Source: Malacoraja senta (Eukaryota). Taken from it: DNA of 64,000 nt. The position numbers were made by a program, and so were the translations under genes. Shown in pieces: positions 37,584 through 51,037 of the stretch; within the stretch, counting starts at the first letter, position 1; each line of letters begins with the position of its first letter. The notes beneath the pieces are model-generated. The model ran no database searches. It was not told the DNA's origin and worked only from the letters and a program-made list of their open reading frames with translations. The stretch spans positions 6,388,001-6,452,000 of the forward strand of contig CM075993.1 of NCBI GenBank assembly GCA_038087875.1. Reading direction: 5' to 3'.

Positions 37584-39582
37584 TTTTAAGCGTTTGCCTC
37601 AACTACCTCCTCTGGCAGCTTGTTCCATACACCCACCACCCTTGCGTGAGACTCACGCATTTCATGAAATTCTCACGCTCTCACGCTGATCACAAATTTC
37701 TCACTCTCAAATTGTTTTTAATAAATAAATAAAGTCACGAACAATTCAATTCGCCCAAGGCTTCGAGATCTCCTCCACACTCACCAATGAGAATAGTTTT
37801 CTGTCGGCAGGTTTCCCCGTAAGGAACGACCAAGTTAATGGTCTTAGACTCTTAAGAACACTATTTAAAATGGCAAACTGCAGTACATTGACATTCATGG
37901 AACCAAAATCTGCAGGTGCTGGAAGTTCAAAATAAAACAAAAATTGTTTTAGAGGTGAGTAAAAACCACGAGGGGAATATATAAGGTGAATGCATAGTCT
38001 TTTTCCTGGGATATGTGAGTCAAGAACTAGAGGCATTGGTTTAAAGCAGGGGGGTGCAAGATTGCAACCTTCACGTCGTCCGCCCTGTTTCGACTAATGC
38101 AATCAACTCGGACGTGCACAAACAGAAGATCAAATAGAACAAGTTGTCCAACAACATTAGGCTGTGCACGCCACATGAAAGAAGAAGGGCTGTCAAACTA
38201 CCGACCTACGACGGGACGAAAAAAAGCCCACGGAAAAAAGTTTCTCCCCTGCAGATGGTGTGGAAGGTGACCCCCACCCCCCCCCCCCCACCCCCTCGGT
38301 CGCTATGCTCCCTCGCAATTTCTCACTCACAACTCGCACCCAATGTTGGCAGCCCTGCAGAATAACACCTCTTGAAGAGCAGCCTGAGGCGTGAAACGCC
38401 TGCAGCAAGTCTCCGCTTATGCCGTGTGTAGCAACAACCACAGGTGTAGTCACTGGTTCAGGCTCTGCAGATATTATGTGAGGCGCAGAGCAGGGCGAGC
38501 GGTCCCAGCCTCTCTAATGGGGACCCTCAGGGGCCCCTCAGTATCCAGGGACTCTGCCTAATGTCTCATCAACAAGAATAACGTCTCAACCAGCCAGACA
38601 CTCGCTCGGGGCCTCAGCCTCCAGCTGCATACACCTCTTGACCTGCTAGACTTGGCTCCTTGTGTAAGAAGGAAGTGCAGATGCCGGTTTAAACCGAAGA
38701 GAGACACAAAATGCTGGAGTAACTCAGCGGGACAGGCAGCATCTCTGGAGAGAAGGAATGGGTGACGTTGTCTGAAGAAGGGTCTCGACCCATATCTTCT
38801 CTCGTGATGCTGCCTGTCCTGCTGACTTACTCCAGTTATTTGTGTCTAGACTTGATATCCCCCCAACAAATCTGCTACTAATTGGACCAGACGCCACGAT
38901 ATCATTAATTTAACCCCAAATGCTGGTTGTTTTAAGATCATGTTTCCATTTCAGAGCATTATTAGTGGGTTACGTTGGAGGCTAGTTAGGTTAGGGCCTG
39001 ATTAAAGGCTGATTAGTTAGTGCGGCACAGTGGCACAGCGGTAGAGTCGTTGCCTCACAGCGCCAGAGACCCGGGTTCAATCCTGCCCTCAGGTGCTGTC
39101 TGTGCGGGAGTTTGCACGTTCTCCCTGTGACCGCGCGGGTTTCCTCTGGGTGCTCCGGTTCTCCCACACATCCCGAAGGCGTGCGGGTTTGTTTGTTAAT
39201 GGGCTTCCGTACATTGCCCTTAGTGTGTAGGATGAGAGAGTGAGGTGGTCGGCACGGACCAGATGGGCCGAAGGGCCTGTTTCCCCACTGTATCTCTAAA
39301 CTAAACTAAACTACAAGGAATATGGGCCAAATGCGGCAGGTGAGACTAAAGTAGATAGATGGGACACCTTGGTGGTGTGGGCAAGTTGGGCCGAAGGGCT
39401 TCTTTCCAAGCTGTATTATTCTCCATCTCATCGTCTGTATCTCTCGTTTCCCTTATCCTTCGCCAGTCTGAAGAAGGGTCTCGATCCGAAACGTCACCCA
39501 TTCTTTCTCTCCAGAGATGCTGCCTGTCCCGCTGAGTAACACCAGCTTTTTGTGTCTATCTACTATATATACTGATCATGTA

Positions 39583-40182
39583 TAGTATAGGAGCAAAGAG
39601 GGCCTTCTGCAGTTGTACAGGGCCCTAGTGAGACCACACCTGGAGTATTGTGTGCAGTTTTGGTCACCAAATTTGAGGAAGGACATTCTTGCTATTGAGG
39701 GAGTGCAGCGTAGGTTCACAAGGTTAATTCCCGGGCTGGCGGGACGGTCATATGTTGATCGAATGGAGCAGCTAGGCTTGTATACACTGGAATTTAGAAG
39801 GATGAGAGGGTATCTTATTGAAACATAAGATTATGAAGGGATTGGACATGCTAGATTGGACGTTCCCGATGTTGGGGTAGTCCAGAACCAGGGGCCATAG
39901 TTTAAGAATAAGGGGTTGGTCATTTAGAACTGAGATGAGGAAAAATGTTTTCACTCAGAGAGTTGTGAATCTGTGGAATTCACTGCCTCAGAAGGCAGTA
40001 GAGGCCAATTATCTGGATGTTTTCAAGAGAAAGTTAGATAGAGCTCTTAAAGATAGTGGAGTCAAGGAATATGGGGAGAAGGCAAGAACGGGGTACTGAT
40101 TGTGGATGATCAGCCATGATCACATTAAATGGCGGTGCTGGCTCGAAGGGCTGAATGGCCTACTCCTGCACCTGTTGTCTAT
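39583..40182 (+). mobile_element. CR1 LINE 3' fragment
   Basis: ORF 39613.. YRALVRPHLEYCVQFWSPNLRKD. Confidence 0.9.
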
Positions 40183-40370
40183 TAAGCTGCTAATAAGCTG
40201 TTACATCTCCCACACTGCAGCATAACCACCTATCACCAGAACCTATTGACTTTAGACCATTTAGGAGATGCTAGAGAAAGTCAGATCCTCTCATTATTTC
40301 CCCAGGCTCACGCACTGAGTAAAATTTACTGCAAGGACATTCTGGTCCTTAACTTACAGGGGTATATTAA

Positions 40371-40676
40371 AGCCCCTGTCCCACTTTCCCGAGTTACTCA
40401 CGAATTCCCTCGAGTTTTTCCCTTGATTCAAATTCGGAGATGCCAGCCGTAGGTACTCGGGGCTATTTTTTTACTCGTGGACATTTTCAACATGCTGAAA
40501 AAATGTCCCGACTTACCTGATGCCCCGAGTACCTAAGGCTGGCATTACGAGCCGCTACGAAATATCTATGGACTCCTACGGCCTCCTACGGACTCGCTAC
40601 GGACATTCTCCGAGTTTGAAGCAAGGGGAAAACTCGGGAGAATTCGTGAGTAACTTGGAAAAGTGGGACAGGCCCT
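40371..40676. mobile_element. PIF/Harbinger MITE
   Basis: Same family as 15712-16041; TIRs AGCCCCTGTCCCACTTT / AAAGTGGGACAGGCCCT. Confidence 0.85.
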
Positions 40677-41668
40677 GAATTCATCTGATCACTCAAGGGA
40701 CTGAGCTAAAGGGATAGGTTGGCAGACTGGTGCTTTACACTCCTTGGAACGCAGGAGGATGAGGGGTGATCTTATATAGGTGTACATAACCACGAGAGGC
40801 AGAGATCGGTAGAGTCTTTTGCCCGGAGCAGGGGAATTGAGAACCAGAGGACAAAGGTTTAAGGTGAGTGGGGAAAGATTAATGGGAATCTGAGGGGTAA
40901 CATTTTTACACAAAGGGCGGTGGGTGTATGGAACGAGCTGCCAGAGGAGGTAGTTGAGGCTGGGACTATTGCAACATTTAAGAAACATTTAGACAGGTAG
41001 ATCGGGTAGGTTAGAGGAATATGGGTCAAACGCAGGCAGGTGGGACTAGTGTAGATGGGGCATCTACACTATAACATGGCTCTATAACATGGACAAGTTG
41101 GGCCGAAGAGCATGTTTCCACGCTTGTACGACTCCGTGAATCTCTATGACTCAGTGGTTCTGGCAAAGGTCGCTCTGGTCTCGAGGGATTTCAAACACTT
41201 TGTGCGTGTGGCCTGGAGAACGACTTCAAATGGAACTTTCCTAAATTGTTTTTTTTAATAATCTATGTGTCATTTCATTGAACTCTGGTGGCTTCTGGTC
41301 AACCCAGTGGGTGATCTGGCCATGTAGAAACACCCTACTTGGGCACGGACACTGTGTTCTTCGCTTATGTGTCCTGCACCAGTCCTTCGTAAACGATGTC
41401 AGTGTCATTCACCCTCGAGTCTTTATGACAACATTTCATTGGACTAAATTTTCTTATGTTTTTGGGGAGTTTTCGTCTTATTCTCCCTTGTGTATATTTT
41501 TATATATAATTTATTTCTCACATCATGAGCAAAACCATAAATTAACTCATTTCTTAAGTATTCATTTATTCAATCTTTTGAACATCCTAAAAATATTTAA
41601 AGAAAATTAGGAGTGAAAAAACCCACATTTATTTGAATGATAAGAAACCAATCCAACGCCTAAACACT

Positions 41669-42412
41669 GGCCCCAGCCCCATCCCCAGCCCCATCCCCAG
41701 CCCCATCCCCAGCCCCAGCCCCAGCCCCATCCCAGCCCCAGCCCAGCCCATCCCCAGCCCCAGCCCAGCCCAGCCCCAGCCCCAGCCCCAGCCCCAGCCC
41801 CATCCCAGCCCCAGCCCAGCCCCAGCCCCAGCCCCAGCCCCATCCCAGCCCCAGCCCATCCCCAGCCCCAGCCCCAGCCCATCCCAGCCCAGCCCCATCC
41901 CCAGCCCCAGCCCCAGCCCCATCCCCAGCCCCAGCCCAGCCCCATCCCCAGCCCCATCCCCATCCCCAGCCCCAGCCCCATCCCCAGCCCCAGCCCCAGC
42001 CCCATCCCCAGCCCAGCCCATCCCCAGCCCCAGCCCAGCCCATCCCCAGCCCCAGCCCCAGCCCAGCCCCATCCCCAGCCCCAGCCCCAGCCCCATCCCC
42101 ATCCACAGCCCCAGCCCCATCCCCAGCCCCATCCCCAGCCCCAGCCCCATCCCCAGCCCCAGCCCCATCCCCAGCCCAGCCCCAGCCCCATCCCCATCCA
42201 CAGCCCCAGCCCCAGCCCCATCCCCAGCCCCAGCCCAGCCCCAGCCCCAGCCCCATCCCAGCCCCAGCCCCATCCCCAGCCCCAGCCCATCCCCATCCCC
42301 AGCCCCAGCCCCAGCCCCAGCCCCAGCCCCAGCCCCAGCCCCATCCCCATCCCAGCCCCATCCCCAGCCCCAGCCCCAGCCCCAGCCCCAGCCCCAGCCC
42401 CAGCCCCATCCT
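41669..42412. repeat. (CCCCAG/CCCCAT/CCCAG)n tandem array, ~740 bp
   Basis: Directly visible. Confidence 0.97.
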
Positions 42413-42594
42413 ACCCTTTCGGCTTTGATTACTGCAGTTTTTTTCTTGGAAAACTAGCTCAAAAAACCATGGAGTATGTGATATAATATATTAGTATCCA
42501 GCTAATATAACTTTCTATAACTCTCCCCGACGAACGCTCACAATACCACCAAATATCAACTTTGATAGCTAAATTGCTACACAAAGTAAAGTAA

Positions 42595-42828
42595 AGGGCC
42601 TGTCCCACTTGGGCGTCATTGAGAATTCCAAAATCCTGGGGCGCCTCGCGTTACTGCGCGTCACTGCCTACACCACCACGTCTCACCAAGCACCATGCGC
42701 GCATAAATGCATGCCATGCATGCATAATACACGCCATGGGAGCGCCATGACGCGCACATCGTGCATCGTGATACGTAAATGATGTCGCGTAAATGATGTG
42801 CAAATAACGCCCAAGTGGGACAGGCCCT
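42595..42828. mobile_element. PIF/Harbinger MITE
   Basis: TIRs AGGGCCTGTCCCACTTGGGCGT / ACGCCCAAGTGGGACAGGCCCT; flanks TAA/TTA. Confidence 0.88.
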
Positions 42829-42883
42829 TTACAATTCAACACTTGCCCATGGCTATCCTCCAGTTTTGCCATTTATAAATTTA

Positions 42884-43523
42884 CTAGACCAACTGGGACC
42901 CGTTGGGTCCCTGTCACACGGGAGGCCTGGTCCCCCAACGCAACCCGTTCCCCAACGCAATATTGCACCACTAACCCATAGCCCCCACGGGAGGCGTGGT
43001 CCTCCAACTCATCCCATTCCCGATCGTAAGATTCCAGCACACCCCTGCCTCCCCCAGCACGGGACTTTAAAAAAAATTCCAATTGCACTTCCCCTGCCTG
43101 CCAATTGCAATAGCAATTCCCCTCCCCCTCCTGTTGAAGCACCTGCTGCCAGGAGCTGGAGTAAGTGTTGTACGATGCCAACATTGTCGGGTGGAGGACT
43201 GTGATATCCCATTCAGGTGAAAAGTTGGTGGAAGCACAGAGTGTTCCTGTATTGCAACTTTATATCAAAGTCTGTTCGAAGCTGGTGCAGCAAGGATTTT
43301 AACAGTAAAAATCTTGTTAAAGTTGGCTTTTTTAAACCTTTAAATATCAATAACTTGTGATATATAACATCAGATCTGAAGGAAACTTGATTAGACCGAC
43401 GACGGGAGAAAGCTGAGTAGGATTCTGCAAATATTTAAGCGCTACCGTGTATCGTTTTGGTGAAAATACAATCACACAGACGGACACACACAAATAGAAA
43501 CAAGATGAGACTTTTAATAGTAT
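42884..43523 (-). mobile_element. Non-autonomous Helitron
   Basis: Minus 3' end hairpin GGGACCCAACGGGTCCC then CTAG|T at 42884; 5' end TATACTATTAAAAGTCTC. Confidence 0.7.
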
Positions 43524-43524
43524 A

Positions 43525-45395
<1,871 letters not shown>

Positions 45396-45410
45396 TATTC
45401 CACTAGAATA

Positions 45411-46053
45411 GGGCGGTCACAGTGGCGCAGCGGTAGAGTTGCTGTCTTACAGCGAATACAGCGCTGGAGACCCGGGTTCGATCCTGACTACAGGTGCTGT
45501 CTGTACGGAGTTTGTACGTTCTCCCCGTGACCTGTGTGGGTTTTCTCCAAGATCTTCGGTTTCCCACTCCAAAGACGTACAGGTTTGTAGGTTAATTGGT
45601 TTGGTAAATGTAAAAAAAATTGTCCCTAGTTGGTGCAGGATGGTGTTAATAATAATAATAATAATAACTTTATTTATAGAGCACTTTAAAAACAACCACC
45701 GTTGCAACAAAGTGCTGTACATGACCAATCACAAACATAAAACAAAACATCAAAAACATTAAAAGACAGTAAAAACAATAAAAAACACTAAAACAGGAGC
45801 AAAGTCTCATGCAGGGTCAAAAGCCAAGGAATAGAAAAGGGTTTTAAGGCTAGTTTTAAAAATGGACACTGAAGTGGCCTGTCTAATGTTCAAAGGTAGA
45901 GAGTTCCATAATGTCGGAGCAACAACAGAGAAGGCTCTATCCCCTCTGAGCTTCTGCTTAGACCTCGGTACCTCCAGGAGCAGCTAATGTGCGGGAACCG
46001 CTGGTCGGCGTGGACCCGGTGGGCCGAAGGGCCTGTTTCCACGCTGTATCGCT
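45411..46053 (+). mobile_element. HE1-type SINE interrupted by a minus-strand L2 3' fragment (~45650-45984)
   Basis: SINE split at GTGTTAAT|GTGCGG; insert has a (TTA)n tail and RGDRAFSVVAP-like coding end. Confidence 0.82.
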
Positions 46054-46269
46054 AAAAAAAATAATGGCTATCAATGAATGCCTGAAGATTTTTGTGCTGT
46101 ACAGTTATCCGAACATTTGTTCCCACATTGTGCTGTACACTATCTTAAGCTTCGTCATACTGCATATCACTGTGAGAAGAACAAGCGAAAAATAGAAAAT
46201 ACTGAGAAACCATTACGCATCTGAAGTTGTATTCCTTAAATGGCTTCCTCATATCAACATAATTCTAAG

Positions 46270-47035
46270 TATTATCATAATCATCATCACGGTCATAGTT
46301 TATTAGCCAAGTATGTTTTGCCATATACGAGGAATTTGATCTGCCATACAATCATATTAATAAAAAGCAACAGAACACAAAATACATTTTAACATAAACA
46401 TCCACCACAGTGACTCATCCACATTCTTCACTGGGATGAAAGGTGAAAAAAAGTTCAATCTCTTCCCTTCTTTGTCCTCCAGCGGTCGGGGGCCTCGAAC
46501 CTTCCTTTGACAGGATGATGTTACTCCGTAGCCGGCGGTGGGCCTCCTCGTCGTGGCGATCAAGCTCCTGCATCGGGGGGGAATCTCAGCTCCCCCGCGC
46601 CGGGCGATCTGGCCCCGGGTCGGGGCTGGTCGAATGTCATGCGGTTTTGGAGCTTCCCGACTCCGTCTCTTACCCGAGACTGCGAGCTCCTTCATGTTAA
46701 AGTCCGCAGGCCGCGGTTGAAGCGTCGATCCCAGGCAAGGAATCGGCACCGATGGTAAGTCCACGCCAACCGCGGTGGGGCTCAAAGTCAAACCAAGCAA
46801 GGCCTCCAGCTCCACAATGTTAGGCCGCAGAGCGACCGGAGTTACAACCTGGAAAACAATTGCATCTCCGGCAAGGTAAGAGAGTGAAAAAAAGTTTCCC
46901 CCGGCCCCCCTCCCCCCCCCACATAAAACAAACCAGAGAACATTAACACAAACTGTTTAAACACACTAAAAATAACAACTAAAAAGATGAAAAGGACAGA
47001 CAGACTGTCGGCGAGGCTGCCATCGAAGTGCCACC
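46270..47035 (-). mobile_element. GC-rich non-autonomous retroelement, copy B
   Basis: Same order of modules as 1517-2380; AATAAA then (GAT)n-like tail. Confidence 0.6.
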
Positions 47036-48148
47036 CGGTGGCTCCACTGGGTGGCGCTTCCACATTCACCCTCTTTAGCCAGAGGGTGGTGAATCTGTGG
47101 AATTCATTGCCATAGAAGGTTGTGGAGGCCAAGTCAGTGGATATTTTTAAGGCAGATCTTTTCCGGCCCCCTTGGTTCCAGAGTCTTTCTGGATTATCCG
47201 TTTTGCCGATTCAATAGATGCCACAAACAGAATAAATGATAAAACTAACCAGGGCCCGGGCAACAGACACTCAGAATAAAAGGACGTAGCTTTAGAAAGG
47301 AGACGAGGAGGAATTTCTTCCGTCAGAGGTTGGTGAATCTGTGGAACTCATTGCCACAGAAGGCTGTGGAGGCCAAGTCAATGGATATTGTTAAAATGGA
47401 GATCGACAGATTCTTGATTAGCACGGGCGTCGGGGGTTATGGGGTGAAGGCAGGGGAATAGGGTTAGGAGGGAGAGATAGATCAGCCATGATTGAATGAA
47501 ACTGCAAAATCTTGTTTTCATTTCATTTTTCAGTTCATCGTTCATTTTCGATATTGCTTCTAAGATACGTCAGAAGCTGTGTCTTTTCCACGTTCCTTCC
47601 TTGGAGAGCCTCCTTTCCCTCTTGTCTCCATCCTTTACACGATGAAAGCGTATAAAAGTGTTATCAACACTTTAAGAAAAGTTAGACCGTGCCTTGAGTC
47701 AAGTAATAACAAGTAACATTGAAAGAGTGGTAAGTAAAAGTTAAAAGTTAAGGGAGCAAAGGAATTTGCAACCTTTACAGCATGCTGCCACTAGGCGAGT
47801 CCCCATGATTGAATGGTGGAGTAGACTTGATGGCATAATTCTGCTCCTATCACTTATGAACTTATGAACTCATGGATGGAAGTCATGGGTCAAGTGCTGG
47901 ATGATGGAGAAACTATTTCCCCAATTGCCCCTTTCCTTTGCTTCTCCGTCATTACTCTAATTCTCTCCCCTCAAAATATTTCTTCCATTCCCTTTGGAGG
48001 TTTCTGTTGGATTTTAGGTTAAAGCAACGGTACATTAAATCATCCCGAATGTGCAGGAAGGAACTGCAGATGCCGGTTTACACCGAAGATAGACACAAAA
48101 TGCTGGAGTAACTCAGCGGGACGGCAGCGTCTCTGGAGAGAAGGAATG

Positions 48149-48183
48149 GGTGACGTTTCGGGTCGAGACCCTTCTTCAGACTG
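48149..48183 (-). ncRNA. Minimal hammerhead ribozyme motif in a Penelope pLTR (best-preserved copy)
   Basis: Minus strand CAGT-CTGAAGA-A-GGGT-CTCG-ACCC-GAAA-CG-TC-ACC: core boxes CUGANGA and GAAA, stem II hairpin, GUC site; stem I only ~2 bp. Confidence 0.55.
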
Positions 48184-48643
48184 ATTGCTGTGGGGGAAGA
48201 AAGCTGGAGGAGAGGAGGGACAAGGGTGGAGCTGTTTGTCAATTGGGAGGTTATTTGTCTAGGGATGAGCACCGAAGTGGGAAGGGCCGAGGAAGATAGT
48301 TCAGGATAGACGGTGGTTGGAGCTGACAATTCGCAGAGTCTTGACAATTCGACAAGTCTTGAAGATTCGCAGAGTCAAGGAATGCGCTGAGTCTCACAGC
48401 CAGAGTACAGTCATCTCCCTACTGTCTGAGTTTTAGGAAGTTTTGTTTAGTTTAGTTTAGTTTTGTTTAGTTTAGTTTAGTTTAGTTTAGAGATACAATG
48501 TGGAAGTAGTCCCTTCAGCCCACTGAGTCTGGACCGACCAGCGATCACCCACACACTAACACTATCCTACACACATTTGGGGTGTGGAAACCAAAGATCT
48601 TGGAGAAAACCCACGCAGGTCACGGGGAGAACGTACAAACTCC

Positions 48644-49084
48644 TAATATTAAAATTTTGGAAAGGCCCTATAACCCCCACAATTAAAATGTGGATTATGG
48701 AAATGTCAGAGACCCTACATTTGGAAAGAATAAGACTTGTCTTAATGGACAAACAAGAACTTTTTGTCAGAATATGGTCTCCATTCATTGACTATTTGAA
48801 GGGGTAGGTAGATTGGTTCAGCAGAGGAACCTAACTGAAGCTTGAACTCAGGATTAGATGAAGAGTTATACTTTATAATTTATGAACCTATCCCCAATGA
48901 TGTATTATTAGTTAATTATTCCATTCCTCTTTATCATGCCTTTTTTTCCCCTTTCTTTCCTACTCTCTATCTATAAAAAAAAAACTAGAAGCAGAATCAA
49001 TACACAACTGATAATATTATTAATGTACGACTGATATACATGAAATGTGCTTGCTTCTAATAAAAATATATATATTAAAAAAAA
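48644..49084 (+). mobile_element. L1-clade LINE 3' end inserted in a minus-strand HE1 SINE (~48445-49183)
   Basis: LILKFWKGPITPTIKMW...FVRIWSPF*, poly-A tail, 16-bp TSD AGAACGTACAAACTCC (48628-48643, 49085-49100). Confidence 0.9.
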
Positions 49085-50717
49085 AGAACGTACAAACTCC
49101 GTAAAGACAGCACCCGTAGACGGGATCGAACCCGGGTCTCTGGCGCTGTGAGGCAGCAACTCCACCGCTGCGCCACCATGCCGTGACAAGTGTCTTCAAG
49201 GTTTGCAGAGTCAAGGAGTGCTCTGGGTCTCACAGGCAAAGTGCAGTCATCTCCCCACTGTCTGGCAGTTGAGACCCTTCTTCAGACCCAAAACGTCTCG
49301 ACCCGAAACGTCACCTATTTCCTTCGCTCTATAGATGCTGCCTCACCCGCTGAGTTTCTCCAGCATTTTTGTCTACCTTCGATTTTCCAGCATCTGCAGT
49401 TCCTTCTTAAACTAAACTAAACCAAACCTCTGTAAACTGTCTGAAGGGTTTCGGCCCGAAACGTTGCCTATTTCCTTCACTCCATAGATGCTGCTGCACC
49501 CGCTGAGTTTCTCCAGCATTTTTGTCTACCTTCGATTTTCCAGCATCTGCAGTTCCTTCTTAACCTAAACTAAACTAAACCTCTGTAAACTCTCCCCAGT
49601 GTGTAGGATAGAACTAGTGTATGGGGATAGACACAAAAAGCTGGAGTAACGCCACCCATTCCTTCTCTCCAGAGATGCTGCCTGTCCCGCTGAGTTACTC
49701 CGGGTTTTTGTGTCTACCTTGGGTCAGTTCCTTGTAGGGGGATAGCAGGTTGGTGGACTCAGTGGGCTGAAGGGCCTGTTTCCACGCTCTGTTTCCGAAG
49801 TAAAGTGCTTAAGACAGCTACCTTCAATGTTCTCAACAGTCTTTGGGCTGAATTGATTTTCAGCAAACTTTAAGTAATGTAGCTCGATTGCATTTATCTC
49901 CACTGGGGAACTGGAAATACCTTCTTATCAGTGAAATACAGAGATGATTGTCAGGCCGTTCCCCAACAGTCTGAAACTCTCATGTGGAGATAATGCACTA
50001 TCAGTGGTTCCTCTGACAGTTTTACTCGTTGGTTACAGTTTGGATGCTACTCCACCCCAGGTTAACCCTAGGTCATCTTCAGGGCCACCTTGCCTTCACA
50101 CTGGTGCACGTCCCTCAGCTGCCTTGGGCTTGAAGGTCCATGTGCACTTTCGACTCCAGTTGCTGCAGCTTTCATTTAGTTTCCTTTCGAGACACAGGCC
50201 CTTCGGCCCACCCATTCCACGCCAACCAACACTCACCCGTACTATCCTACACACTGGCGACAATTTACAGAAGCCAATTAACCCGGCAAACCTGCATGTG
50301 GGAGGAAACCGGAGCATCCGGATGGCGGCACGGTGGCGTAGCAGAAGAGTTGCTTCTTACAGCGCTGGAGATCCAGGTTCAATCCCGACTACGGGTGCTG
50401 TTCGTATGGAGTTTGCAAGTTCTCCCCATGACCGCGTAGGTTTTCGCCAAGATCTTCGGTTTCCTCCCACACTCCAGAGACGTACAGGTTTGTAGGTTAA
50501 TTGGCTTGGTATAAGCGTAAAATGTCCCTAATGGGTGTAGGATAGTGTTAATGTACGGGGATTGCTGGTCGGTTATTCCCTTATCACCTTACTATACACA
50601 GTAAATGGATCGATTGTAATCATCTATTGTCTTTCCGCTGACTGGATAGCACGCAACAAAAGCTTTTCATTGGTGCCTCGGTTCACGTGACAATAAACCA
50701 AACTGTAACTGTAATTC

Positions 50718-51037
50718 GTTTAGTTTAGTTTAGAGATACAGCACGGAAACAGGCCCTTCGGCCCACCGAGTCCGCGCCGACCAGCGATCCCCGCACATTA
50801 ACACTATCCTACACACACTAGGGACAATTTTATATTTATACCAAGCCAATTAGCCTACAAACCTGCACGTCTTTGGAGCGTGGGAGGAAACTGAAGATCT
50901 CGGAGAAAACCCACGCAGGTCACGGGGAGAACGTACAAACTCCGTACAGACGGCACCCGTAGTCGGGATCGAACCCGGGTATCTGGCGCTGTGAGGGCTG
51001 TGAGGCAGCAACTCTACCGCTGTGCCACCATGCTGCC
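50718..51037 (-). mobile_element. HE1-type SINE, full length
   Basis: Complete tRNA-like head, core and (CTAAA)n tail; inverted relative to the plus-strand copy at ~50325-50570. Confidence 0.9.

Noticed and set aside
38047..38190. Short segment with a (GAA)n-like tail between hAT-like remnants (~37645-37710, ~38315-38356)
   Set aside because: Probably repeat-derived, but family and boundaries cannot be supported from this window alone
41607..42457. Pro/Ser- and Gly/Trp-rich ORFs; resemblance to an immunoglobulin switch region or telomeric array
   Set aside because: Stop-free hexamer repeat; no Ig exons or RSS nearby, no AGCT pentamers, and the unit is not TTAGGG
49944..50495. 183-aa ORF as a host gene
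   Set aside because: Second half is SINE sequence and the first half shows no recognisable domain or clear splice structure
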